Source of the DNA: Lama glama | Taxonomy: Eukaryota | Direction of reading: 5' to 3' | Length of the DNA stretch: 64,000 bases | Assembly (NCBI GenBank): GCA_028534125.1 | Contig: CM052817.1 | Location: 85,252,001 to 85,316,000 of the forward strand | Part shown: piece after piece, positions 1-11,750 of the stretch | Layout: each line of letters starts with the position of its first letter | Numbering within the stretch: position 1 is the first letter of the stretch | Notes under the pieces: model-generated | What the model was told of the DNA's origin: nothing | Database searches by the model: none | What the model saw: the letters and a program-made list of their open reading frames with translations, nothing else | Translations under genes and position numbers: made by a program

Positions 1-470
1 AATCTTTGGATGTTTAAATATTGTGATGCCAACTAATGTGAATTTTCCTTATTATTATTTAAATTCTTAGATTTTTGAGCATTTTTGTAAGAGTTGTTTA
101 AAAGGGCTCTATATCTATAACAGATTTACATCTATATGTACTATATTTAAATACACATATTATACATATATAGATACCATTTAATATATCACATATTCAT
201 AAAATGTATATTTATGAAAATGCAACATTTATTTATAAAATATATAATTTGTACAACTATGCCATATATGCTTATCAAATGGAGAAGTAGAGAGGGAAAG
301 GGAGAGAGAGATATTAGGAGCCTACAATTTGTCCTTTTAAAAGTGTCTTTTCCTAGGGTCTGAGAGTTACTCTCATAAAAAACAGTGTGCCAGACAAACA
401 CTGTACAGCTATGTGGTGAGATCAGTTGGTCCACATGGAGGACTCTTTTTATCTATGTTAGAAACAAGCT

Positions 471-643
471 GAGGGAGGGTGTAGCTCAGTGGTAGAGCAC
501 ATGCTTAGCTTGCATGAGGTCCTGGGTTCAATCCCCAGTACTTCCATTAAAATAAATGGAAGGAAATAAATAAACCCAATTACCTCCACCCAAAACAAAA
601 CCAAAACAAAAAAAAAATAAATAAAGTAAAAAAAAAACACAAA
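471..643 (+). mobile_element. tRNA-Ala-derived SINE (Vic-1-like, camelid)
   Basis: The head closely follows tRNA-Ala, with A box TAGCTCAGTGG (482-492) and B box GGTTCAATCCC (525-535). An AT-rich body and A-rich tail follow. Target-site duplication AAACAAGCT at 462-470 and 644-652. Confidence 0.9.
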
Positions 644-2484
644 AAACAAGCTATGGCCTAGAACAAAAGCAGGCTGAATAATCTGATTGACATTAGCTAT
701 ATCTCTAGGCTCAAAACCTAAATAACATGAATCCTGTTATTCTAGTAGGAGAGAAAGACAGTAGAAATCTACAGAGAAGAGTTAAACAAAAGCACAAGAG
801 ACCCAGAAGATCAAAGAGAGCTCCTCCCTGTCCAGAACCTCTTGCCCAAGCATTCTTGTCTAGGCATCTCCTGAGCAGAGTCAGGTAGACAGCTGGACTG
901 CACTCAGTAGCTGTGTGGGAAAGACAATCAACAGGGGGAGGAAATAAGTGATGTGACACAAAGACAGAGAGATGATTGTGCTTTCATGAAGTAGCAACAG
1001 TTTTTAGCCTTGTTTATGTCTTCAGACCCTGGGAAATAGGAAGGTCAAACAATAACCATCATTCTGTAGGTTTGGGACCCTAATCTTATGTCCTTGAACT
1101 TGACAATTAAGAAGCAATCCTCCTCGAAGGTAAAGTGAAAGAGGCAGCAGAACAGGATGGCAAAGAAATCCCATTTCACTGGAGCTTGATCTTGACATTA
1201 AAAATGGAAAAATATGACTATATAATAGCGTTCCAAGTTAAAAGATAAAATATAGAGAAAAAGTTGATGTTAAACTTCGAAGGGAAAAGCCTCAAAGGAA
1301 ATAATTAGAGAATGAAAGTTAAGCAGCAAAATCTTTCATTTTTAGTCAAAAAATTTTCATTTACATTGTAAATACAAAAATATTTAATGTCTTTCTCATG
1401 TTACAGAAATAAATTTTATAATAGGAAGTACTGTATCTTTACACATTAACAGAGTATATGTTTTAGTTTCTGTTGAAGAAAACAGTTACTTTACAAATGA
1501 GTCTGCTAATCTGCAAAATTCCAGACTGTAGAGGAAGTTTATGGCTCTAAGAATGCTGTGGGAGGAACATGAGCACTGGAGGACTACCCTTTCTGACCCT
1601 TGCTTTTTCTTTCATGTTTTTTCACCTGCTTCCTCTTTCTGCTCTTCTTGTTCTTGAAATGGCAGCATCTGAATGTAGATTGTGACCCTAGAGGAAATAC
1701 ACAAATAACACTTCTTACGAAATTTCTTCAGCTTATTGCAGCTTTAACCCATGTATGCTAACGCTTATGAATAACAACAGGTGACTTGTTATCTATTATC
1801 TAATATTTTTAGGACTTATGTATATTTTCTTCATATTGAGGAGGTTTTATCAGCTGTTTTACATATTAGGAAACAATATTTCAGTAGATACTGACTATGT
1901 GTATTTTGTACACACCGTCTAAAATGTTTTATTCATTTCTGATAACTCATTATACTAGATCCATTTCTTATCAGTTGCTTATATAAACTAAGATGAGATT
2001 GGAATGTACAATTTGTTTCCATAGTGAAGTGTCGTAATAATGTTCTATTGACTTGAGAAAGTATGTATCCTTTAACTACATAATTTATTATCAGAAATTG
2101 AATCATGGGATATTGGGGATTAAGGTTCAGTTTTCCCTTATCTACTATGTTGAATGAGAAATAATAACTCAAAATATGTGAAGTGAAAATGTGTATTATT
2201 CATTGCTTATAAACATGTTTGGCTACTTCATTTGAGGCTTATTTTTATCTCCACTATGATAAAATAGTATTTCTTTAAATATGCTTTCTAATGGAGGAAG
2301 AACAATTTTAGCATTGCCCTTCTGAGTTTAGTTCTAATGTAAAGGGTAGAGAAGTGTTTCCTAGGGAAGCTCAGTATTTGAAAGCATATCTTTAAGATTG
2401 ATTTTCAGAAAGGAGAAATAAGTATTGTTAAAAAATTATAGATTTTATATTGTTACATTGCTTCTGATTCACACCTTAGGTATC

Positions 2485-2982
2485 TGTGGTAGGCACCGTC
2501 TAAGATGCCCCTCCCGATTTCCACCTTCTGGTATTCATGGCTAGCCAACAGAATACAGCAACACTGAACTATTACTTCCATTACTGGATTACAAGAGATT
2601 ATGACTTCCGTCTTGCTAGCCAGATCTCTCTATTGCCTTCTTGGCTTGAATGCTTTGATGTAATAAGCTGTCATTTTGGAGAACCTTATGTGGCAAGAAT
2701 CTGAGGGTGGCCTCTGGCTAACAGATTGCAAGGAACTGAGGCTCTTGATCCAATAACCCATGAGGAACTGTGTCCTGCCAAGAACTATGTGAACTTGGAA
2801 GAGAATCTTTCCCCAGTCAGAACTTAGGATGACTACAGCCCAGAAACATTTTGACTGTAGCCTGTGAAATGCCCTGGAGTAAAAGATCCAAGTAAGCTGT
2901 GCCTGGAGTCCTGATCCACAAAAACTATTGTTTTAAACTCTTCAGTTTTGGAGTAATTTGTTAGGTAATAATAGATAATACA
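2485..2982 (+). mobile_element. ERVL-MaLR solo LTR (MLT1E/F-like)
   Basis: Starts TGTGGTAGGCA..CTAAGATG, has internal GGAACTGAGG/CCCCAGTC motifs, and ends GTAATTTGTTA...ATAGATAATACA, typical of MLT1 LTRs. Confidence 0.8.
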
Positions 2983-4479
2983 TTTTCTGAGATATACATT
3001 TTCTTTATTTTGCCTGTAAGTCATATGAGATAACAGAATACTTCACTGTAGTTTATATATCATTTTTTAAAATCTGTAATTAATGGAAAGAAAAACATGA
3101 ACATTTGTGATGCTTAAATAATGCAATTCCATGCTTAATATGTTATTTTTATGTGCATGCTCATATTCTAATGTAACTTGCATTATTTTAGATGTGTCAT
3201 CATATATGACAATTGAGGTGTGCATATTTTAGAATAATCCCATCTTATCTATATTTAGTAGGGGTTTTTGATAGTGCATAATATTTGAGGAAACAGCTAT
3301 TATAAATCTCATATTTTATAAACAGTCTTAATTTCAAAAATCATACTATAGAGTTTAAAAAAGAATATGGCTAGCTTCCAAAATAACTCAAAGATTAATT
3401 TATTTTAAGGTAACATCACTTCTTCTATTTAAGAATGTTTTGCTTAGTTCCAAGGTAATTTACGCACATTCTGAACACAAATTTTAAGGTTTGAAACCAT
3501 TGTCATGACGTGATGAATCCAAACATGTGTTTGCTGCTTTGTTGAAACAGAAGAAATAGCATATGTAGCAATGGTATTTAAGATGCACAGCTTATGTTTG
3601 GCTCTGTGTGACAACCAAGTGTCAGTGATAGATCCAAATGCAATCCTGACTTAGGGCCTCAATTAGAAAAATGGCAAAGGCCTTTCCAACATTATAAATT
3701 ACTCTGCGAATGCCAGTAACAAGAGCTCTCACTCCCAGTAATTTTGCATGATTATAGTTTGGACAAAAGATAGCTGATGAGGGTGAAGCCTTGTAGTTAT
3801 GAAACTAAGAAACATTTCTCACTAGATGTATACCTTGAGCATGATCCCAACAGCTTTTATGGCTCTAAAATGCACCTATGCCAAACAAATTGCAGTTTTA
3901 AGCCACACTTTGTTATGTCTTTGAATGACAGCAGTAGTATTTTTGAGTTATTAATATCCAAGTTGTTAACATTCACACAGCAGGTTATTTTCTATGAAAA
4001 GACATATACGCATGTCTTGATTATCAGTTACATCAGTTACTGACTATGACAAATGAATCATTTTGTATTTATTGCAAGATAAGCTGCCTCTTAATGTCTT
4101 AGAATATAGTGTCAGTACTATACTCTTGTAGCTTTAGACTTTTAGGAAAAATGCACAGCTCACATTTGAAATTGTGTGACAAACAAGTGGCAATCCCTTA
4201 TGATTGAATTTATACAGTACTTGATATTACCTTTAAAGTATAGTAAATTTCTGGATTCCCTACTGCTTGTGGTCCCATATATTGTTTGCTAACACACGTT
4301 TCTAAAATATCAAGCATCCCCCAAATAATTATACTGTAAGTCCATCACCATCTCACTCTTTGATCATTGGTTTTTGAGCCTGATCTTTAAACAAAGATAA
4401 TTTAACGATTGGTGAGAATCCAATTGTTCTACTTTTTTGGGATTCATAAAACTAAAAGTTAAAAACTTCCTTAAGGTTT

Positions 4480-4575
4480 ATGAGGTTCAAGCCCTGCATT
4501 TTCCTGAGAAAGGAGGAAAGCATTTTCCTAAGAAAATAAGAGCTCAGAAAAGTTAAGTGATTTCTTTGAGGTCAG
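4480..4575 (-). mobile_element. MIR fragment
   Basis: GCTCAGAAAAGTTAAGTGATTT..GAGGTCA resembles the reverse complement of the MIR core. Confidence 0.55.
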
Positions 4576-4687
4576 TAAATTGGAAGCTTCAATAATGTTA
4601 TGAAAAGTCAGGGTCCATTAGCAGACCAAAATGTATTCTTGAAAGATAGAGCTAACCTCACAAATAAAGGCTCTTCTACCCTCTGAA

Positions 4688-4990
4688 TATTCAGCATCCA
4701 GTCAGAAAAATAGAAACCACTCTAGATACTTCAAGCAGAGAGGAGTTTAACTCAGGGTATTGATTATGAAAGTGTTAGAAAGTACTAGAAGTGCCACTAA
4801 TGAAGGAAGATATTGCCAAACACAGAAAATAACTTTCCTTCTGTACTTCTAAACTCCCATCAGTTGCCTATGGGGGAAACTTGAAGAAGACAGATGACAA
4901 GAGAGCCTGGGAAATGTAGTTTGCACGCTTCAGCCCAAGAGGTACAAAGGGAATTATGAAGGTTGATTACAGAGCTGACAGTCAACAAAC
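4688..4990 (-). mobile_element. ancient MaLR/ERVL LTR fragment (MLT1-late type)
   Basis: CCAGTCAGAAAAATAGAAACCACTCTAG and CTGGGAAATGTAGTTT motifs typical of old MLT1 LTRs. Confidence 0.55.
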
Positions 4991-5252
4991 AGGGATGGCA
5001 AAATTGGAAAGAAGTACTTCTGGTTGCTGCTAAAGTAAAGCATGTTTATGTATTCTTTGTTTTATGGTACTGCCAAAGAAATCAACATTTTTATGATTTT
5101 GCTCAGTGGTCAATCAAGATAGGAAAAGGAAAAGGGGATTGGGTTAATTTTCAGTTCATATTCAAATAGAGAAATTATATTTATAGCCAAATGAAGCACA
5201 TATAAATATTCCTTCCACCTGTGAATGACACCAGAGCCCACCCTTTATATAC

Positions 5253-6290
5253 TGTCACAAATACTCAGAGTAGAAAGAAATGGGTGATTTTCTCTGTGCT
5301 ATAAGGATTTGTCTGTGACCTTACGTAGAGTTTCCTTTTGGGCTGTGAGCAGACCTTGAAGCAGGTCTCAGGTCTTCTTTAGATTTCTCCCCAAAAGCAT
5401 GTACTCAACAAGGGATCAAATTAGCAATAGTGTTTTTAACTATATAACCTGAGATATTAGGGAGAGGTACCGTTCAGAATTTAAACTGGACATTTCTTTT
5501 AGGCCTTTCTTAAATGAGCGCACACAGGCCTTTCCCTCTTGTGCACAGCCTCTGATATCCTTTGCCTGTCTCTTCAGAGTAATGTAGATCTTACTCCAAG
5601 TCTTGAAAGTATACTAATTAGCAAAGACACAGCCCCTTCAGGTCCAGCTCTTTCAGTGGTGTGCGTTGCAGTTCAAGTTCCACAAGAAGAAGAGTCAGGA
5701 AGTTTAGTCGAGAATGCTTTTGAGATTGACATTTGTAGGGGAGTGAAAGAAGCAGCAGTAGAAAGCAGTTAAGGTGGTTCAGAGCAGTTACAACAGGCTT
5801 CAGTTTATTTCCAATGGATCTCTGGACCCAGCACCGTCCTTCCTGAATTAGTATAAATAAGCTGAGCCTTCATACCTCTCACTTAAACCTGTCTTTGGAT
5901 GTGGCTGCCCCATGAGGGTGGTGCAACTTTGGGACAAGGGAGCTTTTTTCAGCCAAGGGCGAGCACCAGGAGAGGGTTCTCACCTGTGAGTTGTCGGCTG
6001 TTGACCCTAGGATATCTGGGGAGATGAATGCTTTTGTACGATAGAAGAGTTCTGGGCATGCACTGTAGTATCCACTACTTGAGGAATGGTTGATTCTCCT
6101 TATGCTGATTCAAATGTGGGAGTTTTTAACCATGTTGTTCCAACTTTGAGTGAGCAAATATTTTTACCTGTTGCAAAATCTGGTACATTATCTCTAAGAT
6201 GATGCTAATGAGAAGACTTAAAACAACAATTCCTTATGCCCCTGTCCAGGCTTTCTACCTACTGGTCCTCTTCTCTTACTCCTTATTTTA
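5253..6290 (-). mobile_element. possible Gypsy LTR (MamGypLTR-like), interrupted by an ERVL LTR
   Basis: Lies 3' of the Gypsy gag on the minus strand and ends ...TGTGACA there. Only weak resemblance to recalled MamGypLTR motifs; boundaries uncertain. Confidence 0.3.
5656..6078 (-). mobile_element. ERVL solo LTR (LTR41/LTR40/LTR33 group)
   Basis: Collinear motifs AGGAAGTTTA, GGGGAGTGAAAGAAGCAG, TTGGATGTGGCTGCCCC, CAGCCAAGGGC and terminal ATCCACTAC match the recalled reverse complement of this group. Confidence 0.7.
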
Positions 6291-6429
6291 CAAATCTGGG
6301 CACAAATCTGGGCATAAGTAATCATTGAGTTACCTCTTTGGAGGCCTAATTTCTTAGCTCACTTGACTTTTTAAAATACCGAGTAAATTCTTTGCTTCTT
6401 CCCCTGTCCCCCTCTCCACCACCCTGTGA

Positions 6430-8372
6430 GGCACCTTCACCTGATCCTGGCCAGGTGGGAGCTCTTATGTGTCAGCGAAGGCATCAGGTTTTTCTTGGAA
6501 CTTAAAGGATGAATAACTCATGATGGCCAGAGTTGGCAGTATTATAATGCAAAGGTGACTGGGTGAGCTGGAGGAATTCATAAACTAGTTTTCCAACATA
6601 GTGCCTTCAAATAAGAAGTAGGGGTCATCCTATGTCCTTGACCCCAAAAGAGATACAACATTGTCACCAGAATGTACTGCAGGCAGGGTCTTTAACTTCT
6701 GTAAGGGAGAGAAAGAGTTCATCTACTGCCTCTCTACCACCACCCCTTCATGTAGCCAGAGTAATTAAAAACACAGCACCTCTACTCTTATTATGTCCTC
6801 ACTTGAAAATCATGATACAGATCTGCTAATGGTGAGGTATATAAGATGCTCATCTCACTGCTGAAAATACAAATTCCTAGTGTAGTGGGTGTTTCTTTGA
6901 TATATTTTTTTTTTTCCGAATCTCTCAAATACTCCTGAAGCCTTTTATGGGCTTAGTGGTAGGTGCAGCTTCCAGATGTTATTTGGGGCAAAGTTATTCA
7001 CACTAAAGTAATTAGTGATCTTTTGACTCTGAATGACCTGAGGCTTGCTAGCCTTCTAATCAGAAGTGGGGAAGCTGACTGCCCTGAGTTGATAGGATCT
7101 TGCTTGTCAGGAGGACAACCTCAGCAGCTTTCTGATATGAAATGATATATCAGTCAAAACTTTTCTGCTCAGTTTTTCTGCTAAGGAGTAGCCAGTGCTG
7201 CCTTCTATATCTGGATCTCCAAAATAGCTCTGCTAATACTGAGAATCAGAGGGCTCACTTCTATCAGTCTAGATTTCTTCAGAAAGACCTTGTTATGAAG
7301 AGACTTGTGTAGACTGTCCTGGTTTTCCATGTCCTTTCCTACTTTACCTTATCATATTGCTCCCTGTAAAAAAATCTCTCACAACTTAACATATATGTGC
7401 AAGTCTTTTCTCCTTAATCCTGATGTCTGGTAAGAAACTTGACATATAAGTCCCTGTAACTGGCCTCATTACTGAAAACACATTCAAGTGCTGTCAGCCA
7501 CAGTGACAGACACATTCGTGAATTTAAGAACATAGATAATCCTAATGGTGACCCTAAAAACCGTATGTCAAATGCCATTGAGTCTCCCTCTGAGGCCTGT
7601 CACCTCTCTCATGCAGAGGCATATTCTCACCACAATTTGGTCTTTCTCTAATTTCTGGTACATTTCTTTATTCCTTTTTTGATATAGCACTGGTCCCACA
7701 ATCTTAAGAGCTAACCACGTAATTCTCTTTTAGCAAATCAAGAGAACATAGGGTCCTAGAATCAACCAAAGCATAAATGCCTTTTGAGGGGAATACTCAA
7801 AATCTTCAGAAATTTTGAATCTTTCAAAGCAGAGCTGAAGACCAGTTGCCAGCCTGTGACTTCATGGGAGCTTTTGTATACCCCTAAGTTAGCTCACAAA
7901 ATGCTCTGTGAAACATATCTTAAACAGTGCGTTCTTCTGGCCTCCAAAGCAGCAATATGCTTATTCGGTGTCCCTTCCATAACTGTCTTATAACATTGAA
8001 TTCAAACACAGAGAACCATTGTTCAAGCCAGACTCCCATCTAGCAGTTTAACAGTCTTACTAAGAGACGGATCCTGGTTAGGCTTAGTGATCTAAAAGCA
8101 AATGCCACTAAGTTCTATATCTTAGTTTGTGGATTTCAGTTGTGATCCTAATAAATAGCTCAGATATGACTGTCCTCTATTTTTGCCCAGTTCCAACTCT
8201 GATGCATAACCCCTATGTGCTTGGAATACTCCAAAATGCAAATTTCTTCACAAACCAATTAATAAGCAAGCTACATGGTTCTTCCTGAAGTATACCATGA
8301 AAGAAACTTGGAAAGTTTTCATTTAGCGTGTAAAATTTCATTCCTAAACTCGGACTTGCTGGTTTGCTCGCT
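6430..8372 (-). mobile_element. decayed Ty3/Gypsy internal region (MamGyp-int-like) with PNMA-like gag relic
   Basis: Minus-strand 7558 to ~7205, read across frameshifts: FRVTIRIIYVLKFTNVSVTVAD / TALECVFSNEASYRDLYVKFLTRHQD*GEKTCTYMLS / EIFLQGAI**GKVGKDMENQDSL. This is collinear with the PNMA/MOAP1 capsid C-lobe. A degenerate tRNA-Arg PBS sits at 8353-8372. Lower boundary approximate. Confidence 0.75.
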
Positions 8373-8374
8373 TG

Positions 8375-8421
8375 CTCTCTCTCTCCCTCTCTCTCTCTCT
8401 GTCTCTCTCTCTCTCACTCTC
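8375..8421. repeat. (CT)n microsatellite, imperfect
   Basis: CTCTCTCTCTCCCTCTCTCTCTCTCTGTCTCTCTCTCTCTC. Confidence 0.9.
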
Positions 8422-11394
8422 ACATCAAATCACTCTTCTTTCTAAAAATGGTATCAGTGGTTTCTAATAGCAGAGCCTTTCTCTCTCTCCACTTTCCATT
8501 ATATTTTCAGCCACTAAAATCTCCCCTTTTTTATGTAGAGGCATTTAACTCATTCTCAAACTTGTAATACTATTTCTACCTACCACTTTCTAGAAATCCA
8601 GCCTCAGCCTTCAAGAAAGCTTATTAAAGTATTATTAAATACTTATTATTTATTCACCTTTTATTAAAGGAAGTTTATAAAATCTTCACTCAATTTATGT
8701 ACATCTAATTCCAAGAAGTAGGATGGGGTGGATTGTCCTAGTGGTAACAAGGAAAAATAAAATTGTCTTTCTAATATTGTATCAAAAGTAAGCAGCAATA
8801 GACATTGTACAGACAGACATTTTCTGGCATAGAGAAAGAAAAGTTCATTTAGCAATAAAATTAAGAGAAATTTTTAAAAACAAATTTTAAGAAATTGCAG
8901 GGTAAAGTTTAAAACTACTTAATATGTATATATAATAAGAAAGAACTAAAATTAGAGAAGTCTGGACCAGTTGTCACATGTGGCTGAAAGAGACAATATG
9001 AAGAGAAGAAAAGCAGAAGCAATTCAAACCAGAAACCACTCTCAAACCACATTCAGGTAAGCATTTTTGTAGTTTATTGCATACAGTTATATCTTTTATA
9101 ACTGCATATTAGCATAGACCTAGTTCTCATTTCATGAGTGAAGATTCTTAACTTACTCATATTATAGTTTTACAGAGACACCAAAACTTTTTAGATTAGT
9201 CCATGAACTAAATGAATTCTATGTGACTACTGTCATCAAGATTTAGGGTCTAATGTGAAAAAACAGTGTGCTATATGGAGTGATTCCTGAAAATGGCTTG
9301 TTTATATGCATGAGTGTGCTACATGTTATACAGACAACAGTGGTCATGCTTCTTACTCTTAGGGCTACATTTTACCCCACTTCTCCTTTCCTCTTTCATT
9401 TTGTTAGCTTATTCAAAATAATTTGATGCATAATTCAAGCATACCTTATCTGGTCTCCGTGAGTGTGCCAGTTTTATAAGCAGAAAATTTTAAGAGGGAA
9501 AGAGACTACTAAAAATATATGTATGTATTTTGTATATACAAATATTATATGTATATAGTTTAAATATAGCAAGAAATGATGAAACAGCCAGCAAAATATA
9601 ATAGCTTGTAACTTCAGAAAGTTTAGCAAATAGGATTATTCACTTATCAGCCATTTGACTGCTGAAGTAGATTTCATATATCAATTAATATAAAAATTTA
9701 GGGGATGTTTGTTTTTTTACATTGACATATGATAACCCTAATTACCTTTACCTTAAAATGACATAAAGAGATAAAAGACACGGATTATGTTATGTTCAAA
9801 GGAATGTCATGAACAAAAGAGAAAGACAGGAAATAATGATCATGATTTTGACCTTTTTTAGGTATTGTAATACATTTTAACTTAGAAAACAGATTGAACA
9901 ACCAGAAGGAATGTTTTACCTAACTTTGTAAAACTTTCAGTTTGTACTTTGTGACAATTTGAATGTATTTACTTTTTTGAGAGGCAATAAAAAGTTAATC
10001 TTTTTTTTTTGGTTACCTATCAAAATGTGATTTTCTTATTTTTTAAACATGAACAGTTTGTAGTTTTATTTTTGTTTTAAATAAGAAGGTAGTATAGTGT
10101 ATGTGATTCACTATTATAACTACAGTGCCTTTAAAATTTGGCATCTTGATTATATTTCACATCTCTTAGCTTTTTAGTTTACATTGCTTTTGAATGCAGG
10201 TCTAGTTTGATTAGCAGATAGCTAAATGATTGTCTTTAAAACAGCTTTTTGGCAACATTTTGTCACACTGCCTATTGTGCCATCTCTGTTCCATTTTTAT
10301 TAATTAAAATGTAAGACTTGAAAAATTGTTCATGATGTAAGATTACTGAGGCTCTTAATGAAATGGAATGTGTGTGTAATGTATGTGTTAATGTATGTAT
10401 ACTTGTGCATATAGCATGTATATCTGCATCTGTGTCTCTACCCATATGTTTTATCTGAAGAAATTCATTTGCAGATAACTTTTACATGTGAAGAAATGGC
10501 ATCTTTGTCTATGAGAATACATTGTCATATACTTCTTACTTATATTTTAAGGAATCCTCAGTTCTATCTTTGTGCTTGGTTTACTCAAGACAGCTTACAG
10601 AATATTTCTACTCTGCCATTAACAGAGATTTTTCTGAAACACAAAGGTGCCGTGTGTCCCCTTTATGTCCCACATCCTGTGGGATAGAAATTTAAACTTT
10701 GTAATGTGTCCATAAAGGAAGGAATCTGCTGTTTTCATGTTTCCTCCCTTGATGAGTAACAGTGCTTTTATTTTCTTTTGTGACTTGCCCCTTTTGCAAG
10801 GCAGGCTGTCTTGGGATGCAAATCCTATGAGATAGTAAACTAGGTTGTATGTTGTGCCCCCGGAGGAGGGAATCTGTATTTTTCAGCAGACCCACATTAA
10901 TCCCCACTTGCTCGGCAAAGGCAAGTTGATTTTTGTTTTGTGATTGTTCCTCCCACAGGGTATGCAGACTCCTTGGAATCAGGAACTAGGTTGGTCACGT
11001 GATTCATACTAGTGAAAACACCCTACCTTTTGGAAATTTAGATATTAAGAAAAATGAATGGAAGAGAGTTGAAGTGATTGAACCCACCCTCCCAGAGTGT
11101 TCTTTAGTTCTGGTTACCTCTTACCTCTCCTTAAATCCTTTCACCTTAAGTTTTTCTGAGGATTGGGTCCTCTGCTTTTGCTTTGATTCTAAGAGATGTA
11201 GCAGATGGTTCAAATTAGTTTTGTTGTTGTTGTTTTTGCATAAGTAAGAGGGTTGGATGCTGTTGTTTATAATCAAAGGAAGTTCATTAATCCAGGGTTC
11301 AAGATGGGCAATTTGCTTACCTCTCCTGCTCTATTTCTGACTACTCAAGGTGAGCTCCTCTGGTAGTTTTTGCTCATTTTGATGCCTTATTGCT

Positions 11395-11750
11395 GGCTAG
11401 TCCTTTTGTCTGGAATGTCTTTCCTGGCTACCTTGTACTTTTGTGCATAGCTAATTCTTATCTTTTCCTCTCAGGGTTGTTTCCCTTGGGAAGCCTTCCC
11501 TAAGGCCTTTCCCTTCTTTTCCCATTAGAATAGGTACCTCTTCTCTATATTCCAATTGCAAGCAAGTTGTGCAAACTTTAATCATAGCAATGATATTATA
11601 GGTAATTGCTTACTTCCTTATCAGTCTCCCCCACCAGAAATAGTTACTCCAGGAGCAGTTCATTCCCTAAATCTTTGTGCCTGCAGGACCCATGTAAAAC
11701 CTTCTTATTACAAATATAATAAAATGTTTGTTGAATAATTGAGTGAGTGA
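11395..11750 (+). mobile_element. L2 3' end
   Basis: TGTCTGGAATGTCTTTCC...GGGAAGCCTTCCCT...TCTCCCCCACCAGA...AATAAAATGTTTGTTGAATAA. Confidence 0.7.

Noticed and set aside
471..546. Functional tRNA-Ala gene
   Set aside because: It is followed by a SINE body and A-rich tail, is flanked by a TSD, and has stem mismatches, so it is a SINE head.
3505..3650. C/D box snoRNA (GTGATGA ... CTGA)
   Set aside because: The D box is distant and there is no terminal stem or recognisable guide sequence.
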